DNA of 64,000 nucleotides. Source: Hormiphora californensis (Eukaryota; Animalia; Ctenophora). Position 1 is the first letter of the stretch; each line of letters begins with the position of its first letter. This document shows, piece after piece, positions 28,410 through 39,530 of this stretch. Location: contig CM035357.1 of assembly GCA_020137815.1 (NCBI GenBank), positions 1,178,001 to 1,242,000 on the forward strand, written 5' to 3'. Below the pieces are notes generated by a model. That model made no database searches. It had not been told where the DNA came from and saw only the letters and a list, made by a program, of their open reading frames with translations. The position numbers were made by a program, and so were the translations under genes.

Positions 28410-29029
28410 AGGAACAACAAAAGTTGTGATAGCTAAACCACGTTCAACTGTTTCAACGTCCATTGACTGATCTAGGGTCGATCTTTAATTTGAATAAAAA
28501 TACTGTTAAAACTCTTCGCTCGGGACATTGCTACGTATAATTGTCCGTGTCCAAATACTGGGTTAGGAAAATAAAGTCCTCCAGGGTTGAATTTCCAATC
28601 ATTCCCCAGATTTCATGTCTCCTTTGCTGAATTTTTGAATCTTGGATAAAGATGGGTTGTGCTGGATGAATGAGATTGACATGATGGTGGCTGAACAATG
28701 TTCAATGAATTCATGAATTAAAAAACATGTGGTTGTCCCACAGTTCCATTTGGCTGGTATTCCCCCAGTCCCTTTTCCTGACAGGTTTGTAATCTGCTAT
28801 TTTCCTTGGCAGATAACTAGGGCTAGTAAGGATGTCGAAAATGGAAAGACAGTCTTACCAATTATATTTTATCTTTATCCAGATCCTCCATCATTTCGGG
28901 AGCTAGGTACAAAATACAAGCAGCTCGTTTAGATTCGTAGTTTGCAACGATTCAGTATATTTTCATTAGAACTTTATCGATTTCGGTTCCCCTTATGCTA
29001 GATTCTAGATAAGCGGAGGGCCCATCGTC

Positions 29030-29300
29030 GTTCCATTCCTTCTCGGTGACAAAACAAACGCCCCACCTTTCCCCTTCGCTATCCATGCACCCCTGATGTC
29101 ACAGATCTGACAGCTGTCATACCCACCATGTCCCTTAAGGGGGAGGAGGACAGGTCTCATAACAGCGTCAGCTGGAATGGAGTAAACGAGTACCTTAGTG
29201 TTGTGCACCACTCCATTGGCAGTCCAGCTGATTCCGTTAGTCCGAGCCTTGATTAAGTCATCAATTAGTCGATCAGTAGTTATTGTCGTTTCAAAATGAC
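29030..29300 (-). pseudogene. CMC (EnSpm/Mirage-like) transposase fragment (duplicate at ~26040-26290)
   Basis: VLVYSIPADAVMRPVLLPLKGHGGYDSCQICDIRG, the D..AR......GH.G..SC..C...G motif. Confidence 0.65.
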
Positions 29301-29466
29301 GTCTACTTTGAATAATATAGTCTATAGAAATTATTTTCTTGACGAATCTTTTCTTGACGATAGTTTTATGATAAAAAATCAATACTTCTTTCAAAACCCT
29401 ATTCAATCTATCACAATGAATTAATGAAATGACCTAACTAACATATTAGTGAAACAAGCGGTTTCA

Positions 29467-29515
29467 GAGAACTACAATTGTTTCAATACAAATTAATGCA
29501 TATCATCAGGTTCTC
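29467..29515 (-). ncRNA. Minimal type I hammerhead ribozyme within a 148-bp insertion (29449-29596)
   Basis: GAGAAC-CUGAUGA-U-AUGCA-uuaauu-UGUAU-U-GAAAC-AAUU-GUA/GUUCUC; perfect 6-bp stem I, palindromic stem III ACAAUUGU. Confidence 0.85.
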
Positions 29516-29645
29516 CTAATGTCGCGGTAGGCGCTGACACTGGGGGAGTTTTCCATTTTCCAGAACTCGCGTGCTACACCAAGGGTGCCGACATATTAAC
29601 TAACATATTACTTAAAAATGTACTTATAATATTAATTAAAGAATG

Positions 29646-30438
29646 TAGTAGAGTCGATAACTACATCGACCTCTCCCAATTGTTCCAGTTTTTGTCACAT
29701 CTGTTTGGAGCCTCGACACGACCTCTAAACAGGTGTTACTTTTTCACAAACTGTTTTCGTCTTGGTGTAATCAGCAGTTGAAATGTTGCTGATCATAACA
29801 AAAACCTGACTAAATTTTTTCAACTTGGGGTAAAACCATGGGTGTCAAAAGTTAGCTCTAGGTCCCCTGAGTAACCATCCGGAGACTCTAAGAGATATTT
29901 CAAGCCGTTCTCCCGTAATCATTAATCCCGGTAGAGCACATATTTGAGTATGGACGTACGTGCAATTGCCTACAACCTCAACTTTAATGTATAACGTTAA
30001 TGTGCGTCTCTCTCTTTTCTCCCCCTTGAGAAAGAGTTATCTCGCGCGGCGCAACCGCACGTGCGGTTTTTCCAGAGAGAGTGAGAGACATACAATAACA
30101 TGTAAACAGCCTGCCAGCGCTCACGTACGTCCGCATTGTATTTTTTTCTCCACCGGGATTAATGATTACGGGAGAACGGCTTGAAATATCTCTTAGAGTC
30201 TCCGGATGGTTACTCAGGGGACCTAGAGCTAACTTTTGACACCCATGGTTTTACCCCAAGTTGAAAAAATTTAGTCAGGTTTTTGTTATGATCAGCAACA
30301 TTTCAACTGCTGATTACACCAAGACGAAAACAGTTTGTGAAAACGTAACACCTGTTTAGAGGTCGTGTCGAGGCTCCAAACAGATGTAACAAAAACTGGA
30401 ACAATTGGGAGAGGTCGATGTAGTTATCGACTCTACTA
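29646..30438. mobile_element. Foldback TIR element with 3-bp TSD (Academ-like termini)
   Basis: TAGTAGAGTCG...CGACTCTACTA, ~287-bp TIRs, TSD ATG (29643-29645/30439-30441); empty site at ~26591. Confidence 0.85.
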
Positions 30439-30954
30439 ATGCATTGTTCCGTGAATATAATGGAACTTGTCATCTGTAGTGTTTACGAAACTTGTGGTGT
30501 CGAGTGAAAACAAAGGGTGAAGACTGAAGGGTGATTTTAATCATTCTTAAATTAAGAAAACTATATGGAATAACTGTGTTAACTTTGCTCTCACTATGAA
30601 ATTCATGCTTGATACGATGGAGTTAAACTACCTCGGGGAGGTCTTAAATAATTCCTCGATAAAGAACTCCCAATTTCCCACTCTTCTCGGCTCCAAAACT
30701 GCTATTACATACATAAGTGCTGGGTTATCGTTCCATTTGTTTGCCAATATTCACCTTTTTATGATTGCCCTTATTTAATCCCACCACTTATTGTTCCTTC
30801 GAAGGGACTGTTCCTCCATGACCGGGAATTTCTCCTGTGATATACATTGCAATTTAATTTTATCTGAAAGTGACCTTGCTTGGACGGGGAGAACTCCCCA
30901 GTCCCCCCTGCTCCCTGCTCGACCATGTAGGTAGTCCTGGATGGACCTGAACAA

Positions 30955-31023
30955 GACCAGGTTGTACTTGTTTGCCAGCTGCAGAAGTTCCTCTCCTCTT
31001 TGTTTCGTGCCCCACATATACAT
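30955..31023 (-). pseudogene. LINE APE-endonuclease-like scrap
   Basis: WGTKQRGEELLQLANKYNLVL resembles WG....N.RG..L.......L. Confidence 0.45.
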
Positions 31024-31411
31024 AAATTATAAAATGCTCAATATAAGGTAGGGTCCACGGCGGATCAGTTTTCAACGTGTTATGCTTTTCAAACCAGGAC
31101 ATTTATTCAATAAATCTTCCGTGACCTGTACTCCCTGTAGTTTTAGAATTGCGGGGATCGAATAAACTAAATCGTTAAAGCTGAACGTGAGAAACCAAGT
31201 AAATTTCCCCAATTGGTTTGCCATTGCTATTACATCCGATTTAATAGTTTATCTTTGTTAGAGTTCTGCGAGGCGAAGGAGAAAGCAGAATAATTAAAGT
31301 TTCTAATTTTATCCAAAAGATTTGAAAGTCTATGCCTAATGTTGGATCAGTTATGGTCCCTGTTAAACGTATATGTAGGTCCTCCGTCCTCGGGGTATGG
31401 TTGTAGTCGAC

Positions 31412-31530
31412 ACTTTTCCACATTGCTCGCAAACGTTCTTTTTGTCTAAGTCAGTGCGAATTCTTTTGTGCCTGAACATGTGATACCGCCTCTTAAAAGT
31501 CATGCCACATGTGTCACAGGCATAAATCTT
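31412..31530 (-). pseudogene. C2H2 zinc-finger fragment
   Basis: YACDTCGMTFKRRYHMFRHKRIRT...VCEQCGK. Confidence 0.75.
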
Positions 31531-31769
31531 GATATCTCGTGTTTGAGATGCTAAATGAATATTATAATTATTAAAAATATCGATTTTATCATCCTGGGTG
31601 TCACTTGCTTTTCGTTGATCGAAGACAAGAGTGATCCAATGCAACTAGCAATTAACACAGTCGATTTTAACCATGATTAGCATAGACACCTTGAAATCCT
31701 CGGGGTATGGTTGTAGTCGACACTGAAGAGGCAATACAGATTTCCCGTCATTACAGCAAGTAGAAGTCT

Positions 31770-32031
31770 TGGTGTAGGGTCCGGTCTCCAGGGCCCAGGC
31801 GGAGGGGTCCGTGGTGTGGGCAGAGTAGGGGTTCGGCTTCCAGACGGAGGGGTCCGTGGTGTAGGGTCCGGCCTCCAGGCGAAGGGGTCCGTGGTGTGGG
31901 CAGAGTAGGGGTTCGGCCTCCAGACGGAGGGGTCCGTGGTGTAGGGGTTCGGCCTCAAGACGGAGGGGTCCGTGGTGTAGGGGTTCGGTCTCCAGGCGGA
32001 GGGGTCCGTGGTGTGGGCAGAGTAGGGGTTC
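31770..32031. repeat. G-rich minisatellite, ~39-48 bp units x ~6
   Basis: Repeated GGAGGGGTCCGTGGTGT(GGGCAGAGT)AGGGGTTCGG. Confidence 0.9.
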
Positions 32032-32887
32032 TACTCTATGTTAATTTCGTATGGCAATACACTGCTCAGGTGCTCTACTACTGGTGATATTAATACTTTC
32101 TGTATAAACTGCATGATACTGTCTTAGCGTCGGCGGTAGTAGCACGGTAGTCGGTATTGCCTCTGATACTCATTCGTAACATCAGCATTTTCAGCACGAC
32201 GTTTTCTCCTGGTGGAATTAATAGAATTAATAATAGAATCAGCATTTTTGTTATCATGGGCTCTTCGGCCCCTGTTCATTACTTCCCTATCGCTTTTGCT
32301 CATGCTGTCGGAAGAGTCACTTTATCGTGCACGAGAGGATTCCACTTCTATCCGCCGGTCGGTACTACTACTCTATTCTTAGCTATACCGTATTATTCCG
32401 GCATTACTGCATGTATCTTTTCTTGATGAGAATTTCACCGTGATATTTACAATCAATAATAATTATTCATCATACTTCCTAAAATCTTCAGGGAGGTCGA
32501 TGAAGGCCTCCCAATCCTGCCACTCTTCGCGGTTCCATAGACCCCTTAATTGACTGGGTTATGCCTTGCATACAGCCGTTTTCAGTGTCTTTTGTGTATG
32601 AGTCTGACACTGCTTGAAATCAGAGCAGTGACCACGTGCACAATGCTTCAGATTTAATTGGTCTTGGCCTTCCCACTTTGAGTTGGTCCAGCCTTCTCGG
32701 CCTTCTTTCTCTTGTCCTCGGACTCTGCCCTCTGGGTCATTGATCGTCTTTTTATGATACTGCTACAGTTATGGAATTGGAATTAATATAAACTGAAGTA
32801 TAATAAGTAGAGCAAACAATGAATGTAGTTCGGTAGCTCCTGCATCATAGCGTGAGTATGTTGTTGTTGTGGTGCTGCGATTCGGAC

Positions 32888-32955
32888 TATGCTTTGTCAG
32901 CCATCTCATTACCTTGAACCTTTGTGTGACCTCTAACCCAGCACAGTGTCAACTC
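32888..32955 (-). pseudogene. Retroelement RNase H scrap
   Basis: LTLCWVRGHTKVQGNEMADKA. Confidence 0.8.
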
Positions 32956-33109
32956 CGATAATTCTCCAACCTGTGTGTATTGTATGTCTTCGTCCAGGAT
33001 TGTCTTCCTTATCTCAAGTTCTGCAAGAACAGCTGCACGTGCAGGTGCAGTACAAAAGTAATCACAATATCTCTTCATGAACAACATTTTTGGTGTAGCC
33101 TTTTTGATC

Positions 33110-33495
33110 AGTCATGATCTTTAATTGGTCGGGATCTCCCACACGCGACTCATAAAGCTGGCCGTGTTGGAAAAAGGGTGGATCCGCGGCTATCCAACAT
33201 CTCTTCATCGTTTGACCTTAAACAGGTTATAGTTCGTTAATCAAGTTAAATTCAAATTCATTAAATAAATTTGCTCCAATAAAGCCTACCCTGGGATTTG
33301 TGTGAGAGCAAAGGAAAGTCTTATAGGAAACTGCTTCCTTGTAAGTTTGAATTGGAAGATGGTCTGCTGTGCCAACCTTGAAGGGCTGGTTTCACTGGGA
33401 AGATGGTGTCAGATGGTGTCATAGGGATCCTTGGAAGCAGTAAGCATTTTTCCTTTGAAAACTCCTGTTGCCACGGAGAGCTCTATAATGTTGCT
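33110..33495 (-). pseudogene. Helitron helicase C-terminal fragment, frameshifted, with small inserts
   Basis: NIIELSVATGVFKGK.LLLPRIPMTPSD..FKLTRKQFPIRLSFALT..KSQG / GQTMKR...FFQHGQLY.SRVG. Confidence 0.85.
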
Positions 33496-34403
33496 ATGAG
33501 AAGAATTTTCGCTGTCGTATATCAACTGTTGTTGAAACAAGGCAAGAACAGTGCATATAATACTATATCTCGGACAGTTTGTTGAGAGTGTCGATAAGGA
33601 GTTCTGTGGTTTTGCATCGATCGTTGGTGTTGTTGAGATTTGTTGTATTACTACCTGCCTGTCTGTGAATGCAATTGCTGTGTCTCCCTCCTCTGCCAGT
33701 TTCAGCAGATCCTCCACGCCTCCTTTCATCGCCTCTGTCTCTGCTTGATTTATAGTGCTCTTGGAATGTAGTTTTTTTCTGTCCTTGACTGACCTCTATG
33801 TCGTCTTTCATGATTATCCATCCTGCCCCTACCCTTCCTTCGCCTAGGTTTGACCCGTCACTTAATATTTCCCATTTCCTTTCTACCTAAGGCTGAATTC
33901 TTTCTGGAAGGATGGTCACGATGAACAATGCGAAATCCCCTCCATGACGGCACTGTCCCCGTGGTCGGAGGAGACAACAAGGCTAATGCAGGAGATCCCG
34001 CTCGGTCCAGCCTCGGCATCGTCGGGCTTCCTCGCCTTTTCCTTCCCACTTTTTGCATTGACCTGTTTAATTGGTTCCGTTTTCTCTCTCTTTAAATCGC
34101 CATCAGGCCTTTCGGACATCGATCTTCTTTTCATGTTGTGGACAGCTCACAACACTGTGACATGTTCTCTTTCGCAAACAAATTCCAGGGAAATGGTAGC
34201 TAGATTAGGGAACACTGACATCAGCAGCCGTTTCTAGCCAGTAGTGGGCAGCACTGCCATATCCATTCATGACTGACCTTTGAACTGCTGGTATTATTTT
34301 ATAACAGATATTATCTCTCACTATCTCCCTACACATTGAAAGAACAATTGAAACAATATTCATTTTGATGATAACGTATTTAATATTATAAACAGTTTAT
34401 AAT

Positions 34404-34763
34404 TTATAAATCCATAGCTTTTCGAATGTTCGATAACTTTCTCCTGAGGAGAGCAATCTCCCGCATTAGCCTCGGTCTCTCTTCCAACCAAGGGGACGGT
34501 GCCGGTGTGAAAGTGATTACGGGTTGTTCATCGTCTGACATGGTTAACGATGAAAAATGCGAAATCAGCTCCATGACGGCACTGTCCCCGTGGTCGGAGG
34601 AGACACCAATGCTAATGCAGGAGATCCCGCTCGGTCCAGCCTCGGCATCGTCGGGCTTCCACGCCTTTTCCTTCCCACTTTTTGCCTTGGCCTGTTTAAT
34701 TGGTTCCTTTTTCTCTCTCTTTAAATCGCCCTCAGGCCTTTCGGACATAGATCTTCTTTTCAT
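34404..34763 (-). CDS. 119-aa orphan ORF; decayed paralogs at ~33858-34134, ~32670-32757 and ~38587-38700
   Basis: Intact ATG-stop ORF MKRRSMSERP...MREIALLRRKLSNIRKAMDL; AT-rich TATA-like stretch ~45 bp upstream; leader shared with 32762-32840. Confidence 0.45.
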   Translation of the reverse strand: MKRRSMSERPEGDLKREKKEPIKQAKAKSGKEKAWKPDDAEAGPSGISCISIGVSSDHGDSAVMELISHFSSLTMSDDEQPVITFTPAPSPWLEERPRLMREIALLRRKLSNIRKAMDL

Positions 34764-34945
34764 GTTGTGGACAGCTACAGTTATGGAATTGGAATTAGTA
34801 TAAATATATAAATAAAACTGAAGCTAAGTATAAATAGAGCAAACAATGGAGAGTAGGTATAGGTGGCTCTTGCGACCGAAGAGAGCCATTTCAATGAAGA
34901 AATTGAAAATTCTGGTGAAATGATCTAACATTTTTTTTGGAAAAA

Positions 34946-35360
34946 CAATTAAAAATATATACACAATGGTATTTACAATGGCAATTTACAATTTTGTATT
35001 ATTAAAAGCATATGTAAAATCCTCAACATTATAATCTTTCATTGTCCTGCTGTTTCTTGACCCACGTATACATAAGAGGCTCAATTTTAAAATGGTAAAG
35101 GAGAGTCTCACTCTTAAAAAGCTGATAACGTCATTAAAACTATCATTCTTCTTATTGCAAATCTTGTTAAATAAAAGTTTTAAAAAAGTCTTGCATTCAG
35201 GTCCATAGCCTCCTGTTATTGAAAAAATTAAAGGGGTAAAAGTGCCTCTTTCGACATTTAAAATTCTCTCATTATATTTACACCTTTTCTTAGATTCAAG
35301 ATATGTAAAAACCTTCTTTGCACTTTTACATTTAGTTGATGATCTAACATTATGATACTC
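34946..35360 (-). mobile_element. 3' end of a CRE-clade (restriction-like endonuclease) non-LTR retrotransposon; other copies at ~6725-8180 (split by three TIR elements) and ~38945-39196
   Basis: ESKKRCKYNERILNVERGTFTPLIFSITGGYGPECKTFLK...FLRVRLSFTILKLSLLCIRGSR, then stop, short UTR and A-run. Confidence 0.8.
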
Positions 35361-35457
35361 CTGTTGTTGGGAATATTAGTTGGAGACACACAAACTGAAA
35401 CTCAGGAACTTGGGTGATGGAAAAAGTGAAAACCGAAATCCAAAACATAAACTTCTG

Positions 35458-35612
35458 CCTGGATACACAATATTTGCTTTTTTTTTATTTGGAGACAGGA
35501 CTTTGATTTGACTTGGATTGCCTACACGGCTCATAGCCACGTATAACTGGCCGTGACTAAAAAATGACGATTCGTGGCAAGCCACACCCACTCTTTCCAT
35601 TGTTTGTCCTGA
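35458..35612 (-). pseudogene. Helitron helicase C-terminal scrap
   Basis: GQTMERVGVACHESSFFSHGQLYVAMSRVGNPSQIKVL...NIVYP. Confidence 0.88.
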
Positions 35613-35841
35613 AAAAATGAGCATGTTATTGTTGTATATAGTCCAATTTGGTATCCTCCAAGGACGAAACTAAAATTTCATATCTGTCGGTGTGACAGTG
35701 TCACATATTGTCGACATCGAGGCATTTTTGACAGTGGTAAAACTGAATGTTGATCCATTATCAGTTTCGCAATTCCGGCTAGACATGACCGTGTCATAGC
35801 TTTTCCTAAGATATGTATCTATCGTGTCTCTACTCTGTTAA

Positions 35842-36828
35842 GGCCAGAGGGGGGGGGGTCGACGTGTTTTTTGAGGTATACGTTATATGAAAGCGCTGGG
35901 CAAGGCGGATCGATTAGAACAGACATCATCGATGTTGCGCGCACCGTTTGGCCAAAATTTGGGGGTTAACATTTGGCCTATAATGGATGTTAACCCCTAT
36001 AAATCAGGATTGGTGGGGTCTAGAACATCCATCATTGTACCAAAGGCTTCGTCTTGTCTTGATACAACTTCCTGAAAAGTTTTATGTCGTTACTCCAACT
36101 ACTTCTTGATTTTTTGGGGGTTTACAAAATATGCGGAAAAAGCCCTTTTTGCCTCTAATTTTGCTCTTTTTTGGGACATCCTGCCTCACTTCCTGAAATA
36201 ACGGCTAGGACTCAGACCTTGCCGTTTGGCATAGTTGTTCTAGAGACCGTGTTCTTCAAATTTGATGTAGCGATTTTTGATTAAGGCCCCCGTTCAAAAA
36301 TTATAGGGGTTAACATTTGTTTTGTCCATGAAAATTTTATGTAAACCCCTATAATTTTTGAACGGAGGCCTTAATCAAAAATCGCTACATCAAATTTGAA
36401 AAACACGGTCTCTAGAACAACTATGCCAAACGGCAAGGTCTGAGTCCTAGCCGTTATTTCAGGAAGTGAGGCAGGATGTCCCAAAAAAGAGCAAAATTAG
36501 AGGCAAAAAGGGCTTTTTCCGCATATTTTGTAAACCCCCAAAAAATCAAGAAGTAGTTGGAGTAACGACATAAAACTTTTCAGGAAGTTGTATCAAGACA
36601 AGACGAAGCCTTTGGTACAATGATGGATGTTCTAGACCCCACCAATCCTGATTTATAGGGGTTAACATCCACTATAGGCCAAATGTTAACCCCCAAATTT
36701 TGGCCAAACGGTGCGCGCAACATCGATGACGTCTGTTCTAATCGATCCGCCTTGCCCAGCGCTTTCATATAACGTATACCTCAAAAAACACCCCAAAAAA
36801 CCCGTCGACCCCCCCCCCCCCTCTGGCC
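35842..36828. mobile_element. Kolobok-type foldback element, copy 3
   Basis: TTAA TSD (35838-35841/36829-36832); near-identical to copy 1, with the central spacer in the opposite orientation. Confidence 0.9.
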
Positions 36829-37577
36829 TTAATAATGTCGAAGTCATGTTACTCCTATTACCAATATTGCATAACGTCTGCATGATGCACGGTACACCAC
36901 ATTTTCTTCTGCGCATGGGACTCCATTTTGGTGTAGAACACATCCACAGTCTGGACCATTTTCTTTCTTCTTGGTTCTTTGCCATACTGGTAACAGGTCT
37001 TTCTTGAGGATGTAACACTACGGATTGGTAGTCCTGACTCCTTAATTGCTTTCTTCACCTTGCCTCTCGTTTGCGTGTTCCGTTATTGCTGAATTCCCCA
37101 TAATATGTGACATAGCCACACCTCTTGTAAACTTGAAGAACTGCACGAGTTTTTCAGTGAATCCGGGACGTGTCACCCGTTGAAGTAGTGTATTTAAAGA
37201 ACTTGACTCATACAATTCACTGTCACATCCTGCAATATAATAACCTCTCGTCCTCTCTCCATTTCCCAAGAAAATACTAATCTTAATTTAACAATAATTA
37301 TACCTATGATAGAGTTAGCAATAATATTATTATTATCTTGATTTATATCTTCCAGCCCCCGAACAGGGCCAAGCCTGAGACCAGAATTATATGTAGCTGG
37401 AACACTGCCTGAAATTAGAGCGGTGACCACGTGTACAATGCTTCAGCTTGAGTTATTATATTCTCGTAGGCACACGTCACACACCGCTATCTTATTTGTT
37501 GTTATCACTATCATTATTCCACAGTATCAAAGTCAATTATTTATAAGAAAGAGTCTCAAACTCTCCCGATATTCTCG

Positions 37578-37718
37578 TTGGGGTTTCGTTGCCAGTGCTC
37601 ACCAAGAGCTGAAACATCTGTTCCCATTCTCACTGATGCCTCATATTCTCCGAGTCTCTCTTTCAGTGGCCGTGATGTCGCACCGATGTAATTCTTGTTG
37701 CACTCCATACACGTTTCT
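37578..37718 (-). pseudogene. Penelope-like GIY-YIG fragment
   Basis: ETCMECNKNYIGATSRPLKERLGEYEASVRMGTDVSALGEHW. Confidence 0.85.
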
Positions 37719-38153
37719 CTAAATAACGGTTCACTATCCGTTTGAATAAAATCATCGGTTTCTGGTATTGTGTCTTGTCATGAGCCCTGGTCCTTTGGCA
37801 CCCATTTTCCTATAACACCTACCGAATCGTTTTTAATTTATATGTTTGGATCCGTCCAGCCTTGATCCTGCACCAAGCACGTATTGCTGCTCTTATCGCC
37901 AGAAGATCTGTATACGGATTCCTGCTGGCTTACTGACCGGGTGTTGATGAATACGTTTCCAAAACAAACGAAGTTTTGTCCTCGTTTCATGATTCAGCGG
38001 ATCATATTTCCCCATGTTCTGGCAAACCGATTTTTCTGTTTTGGTAGCACAGTTTACAATGTAACTGGCCAATATCAAAACTAAATGTGACGAATTGAAT
38101 TTTCACACAAAGGAAAAACTACCGTTTAGTTATATATAGCGTTTAGTATAGCA

Positions 38154-38190
38154 GTAAACAAATGTTTCAGAAGAAACTCTTCATCAGTAC
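38154..38190 (-). ncRNA. Minimal hammerhead ribozyme
   Basis: GUA-CUGAUGA-AGAG-uuuc-UUCU-GAAAC-AUUU-GUU/UAC. Confidence 0.65.
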
Positions 38191-38215
38191 AAACTACAAA
38201 TGAAAACAAGTGGTT

Positions 38216-38262
38216 TTACCAGACAATTGTTTCGATCCAGATGGATCTCATCAGTGGAATAA
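38216..38262 (-). ncRNA. Minimal type I hammerhead ribozyme with canonical core
   Basis: CCA-CUGAUGA-GAUCC-aucu-GGAUC-GAAAC-AAUU-GUC/UGG. Confidence 0.88.
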
Positions 38263-38426
38263 AATCAGTCGGGGTCGGGGGTCGGGGAGTTCGACTTCGA
38301 TTCAGGGAGTTCGATTTTAGGCTCATTATAGCTGTACTCCTCCAGCTGAAAAAGTAGTTTGCTGTAATAATATGTAAATATTATTACGATTGGAAGAAAA
38401 AATTGGTCGATTTTGCATTTGTACTT

Positions 38427-38478
38427 ACTGAAGACCAACTTTCGTCGAGAATCTTGATGATCTCCTCATCAGTTAAAT
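38427..38478 (-). ncRNA. Degenerate hammerhead ribozyme
   Basis: CUGAUGA-G-GAGAUC-aucaa-GAUUCUC-GAC-GAAA-GUUG-GUC; stems I and III imperfect. Confidence 0.45.
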
Positions 38479-39309
38479 ATTATATGTACTTATTATCCTG
38501 ACTCATTGACATTCTGCTATAAAATGGCATGGTGTATCAAAGTATCAAAATCATATAATACAATAAAATCTATTTATTTATCAGGGTTAAGAGGGAAATT
38601 GCCCTGATGCTTTGCGGATTATGCCTAGCTGCCGCCGCAGTAGGGCATTCTCCCTCTTAACCCTGATAAGGATTACTCCTACATCGGTTTGGGTCCCATT
38701 GGACTGGTATGTGGGTGGGGGACTGTGCCTGGGAGTTCTGTGGCACTTGATCAACTTCCATCTGTGGAGATAGAGAGATGAGGCTTGTCGCTGCTGTCGC
38801 TGTCTATCACGCATTTGTTGTCGTTGTTCGTCAGTCATACTTGCTACCTGTTGACGTCTCCTTTCATTCTTCAGAATAGGGACCAGGTAAATAGTAGGCA
38901 GAGTGCATATAGGGCTCAGAATAGGGAACAAGAGTACTCTTTTTTTGGAAGAACAATTAAAAATATATACACAATATTGGTATTTACAATGGCAATTTAC
39001 AATTTAATATTATTAAAAGCATAGGTAAAATCCTCAACATTATAATCTTTCATTGTCCTGCTGCTTCTTGACCCACGTATACATAAAAGGCTCTATTTTA
39101 AAATGGTAAAGGAGAGTCTTACTCTTAAAAAGCTGATAACGTCATTAAAACTCTCATTCTTCTTATTACAAATCTTGTTACATAAAAGTTTTAAAACCGT
39201 ACTCTTGGGAAAAGATAGAACAAACTTATAATGTCATGTTGTACAACATCTCGCAAGAAGAAAAAAAACCGTACTCTCATCACAATGCTCCTTCATAAAT
39301 ACAACTACA

Positions 39310-39530
39310 ACAGAAACTTCCATTTGTGCCTACACTTGGCTAATATAACACTGTTAGTAACAGTTCCGATCTAACATTCAGAAGCCTTGGCTCCTTCGAG
39401 TTCTGCAAATCCCATATCTTTTCCGACAGCCTTGTATCTCCTCTTCTTCCGGGCATTCCTCAGGCTGGCCATGTGCCCATAGTACCGCTGTTTAAAAGTC
39501 CCCTCGGTCATTCGTATGTAGTGGAATTGG
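39310..39530 (-). pseudogene. Penelope-like GIY-YIG fragment, internally deleted
   Basis: HYIRMTEGTFKQRYYGHMASLRN / TRLSEKIWDLQN / LLNVRSEL / LAKCRHKWKFLL. Confidence 0.85.

Larger units (their letters stand above)
25398..30582. repeat. Direct duplication of a ~1.25 kb segment (copy A 25398-26735; copy B 28410-30582), each copy with private insertions
   Basis: Colinear from AGGAACAACAAAAGTTGTG to GGAATAACTGTGTTAA; many 1-bp indels between copies. Confidence 0.9.

Noticed and set aside
26791-36768. Five copies of the 62-aa ORF MKALGKADRLEQ...
   Set aside because: They lie in the inverted arms of the Kolobok-type foldbacks; repetition reflects the TIRs, and there is no protein motif
36858-37058. 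Possible piggyBac transposase C-terminal scrap (minus strand)
   Set aside because: Only a vague VQTVD...W resemblance; not enough to call
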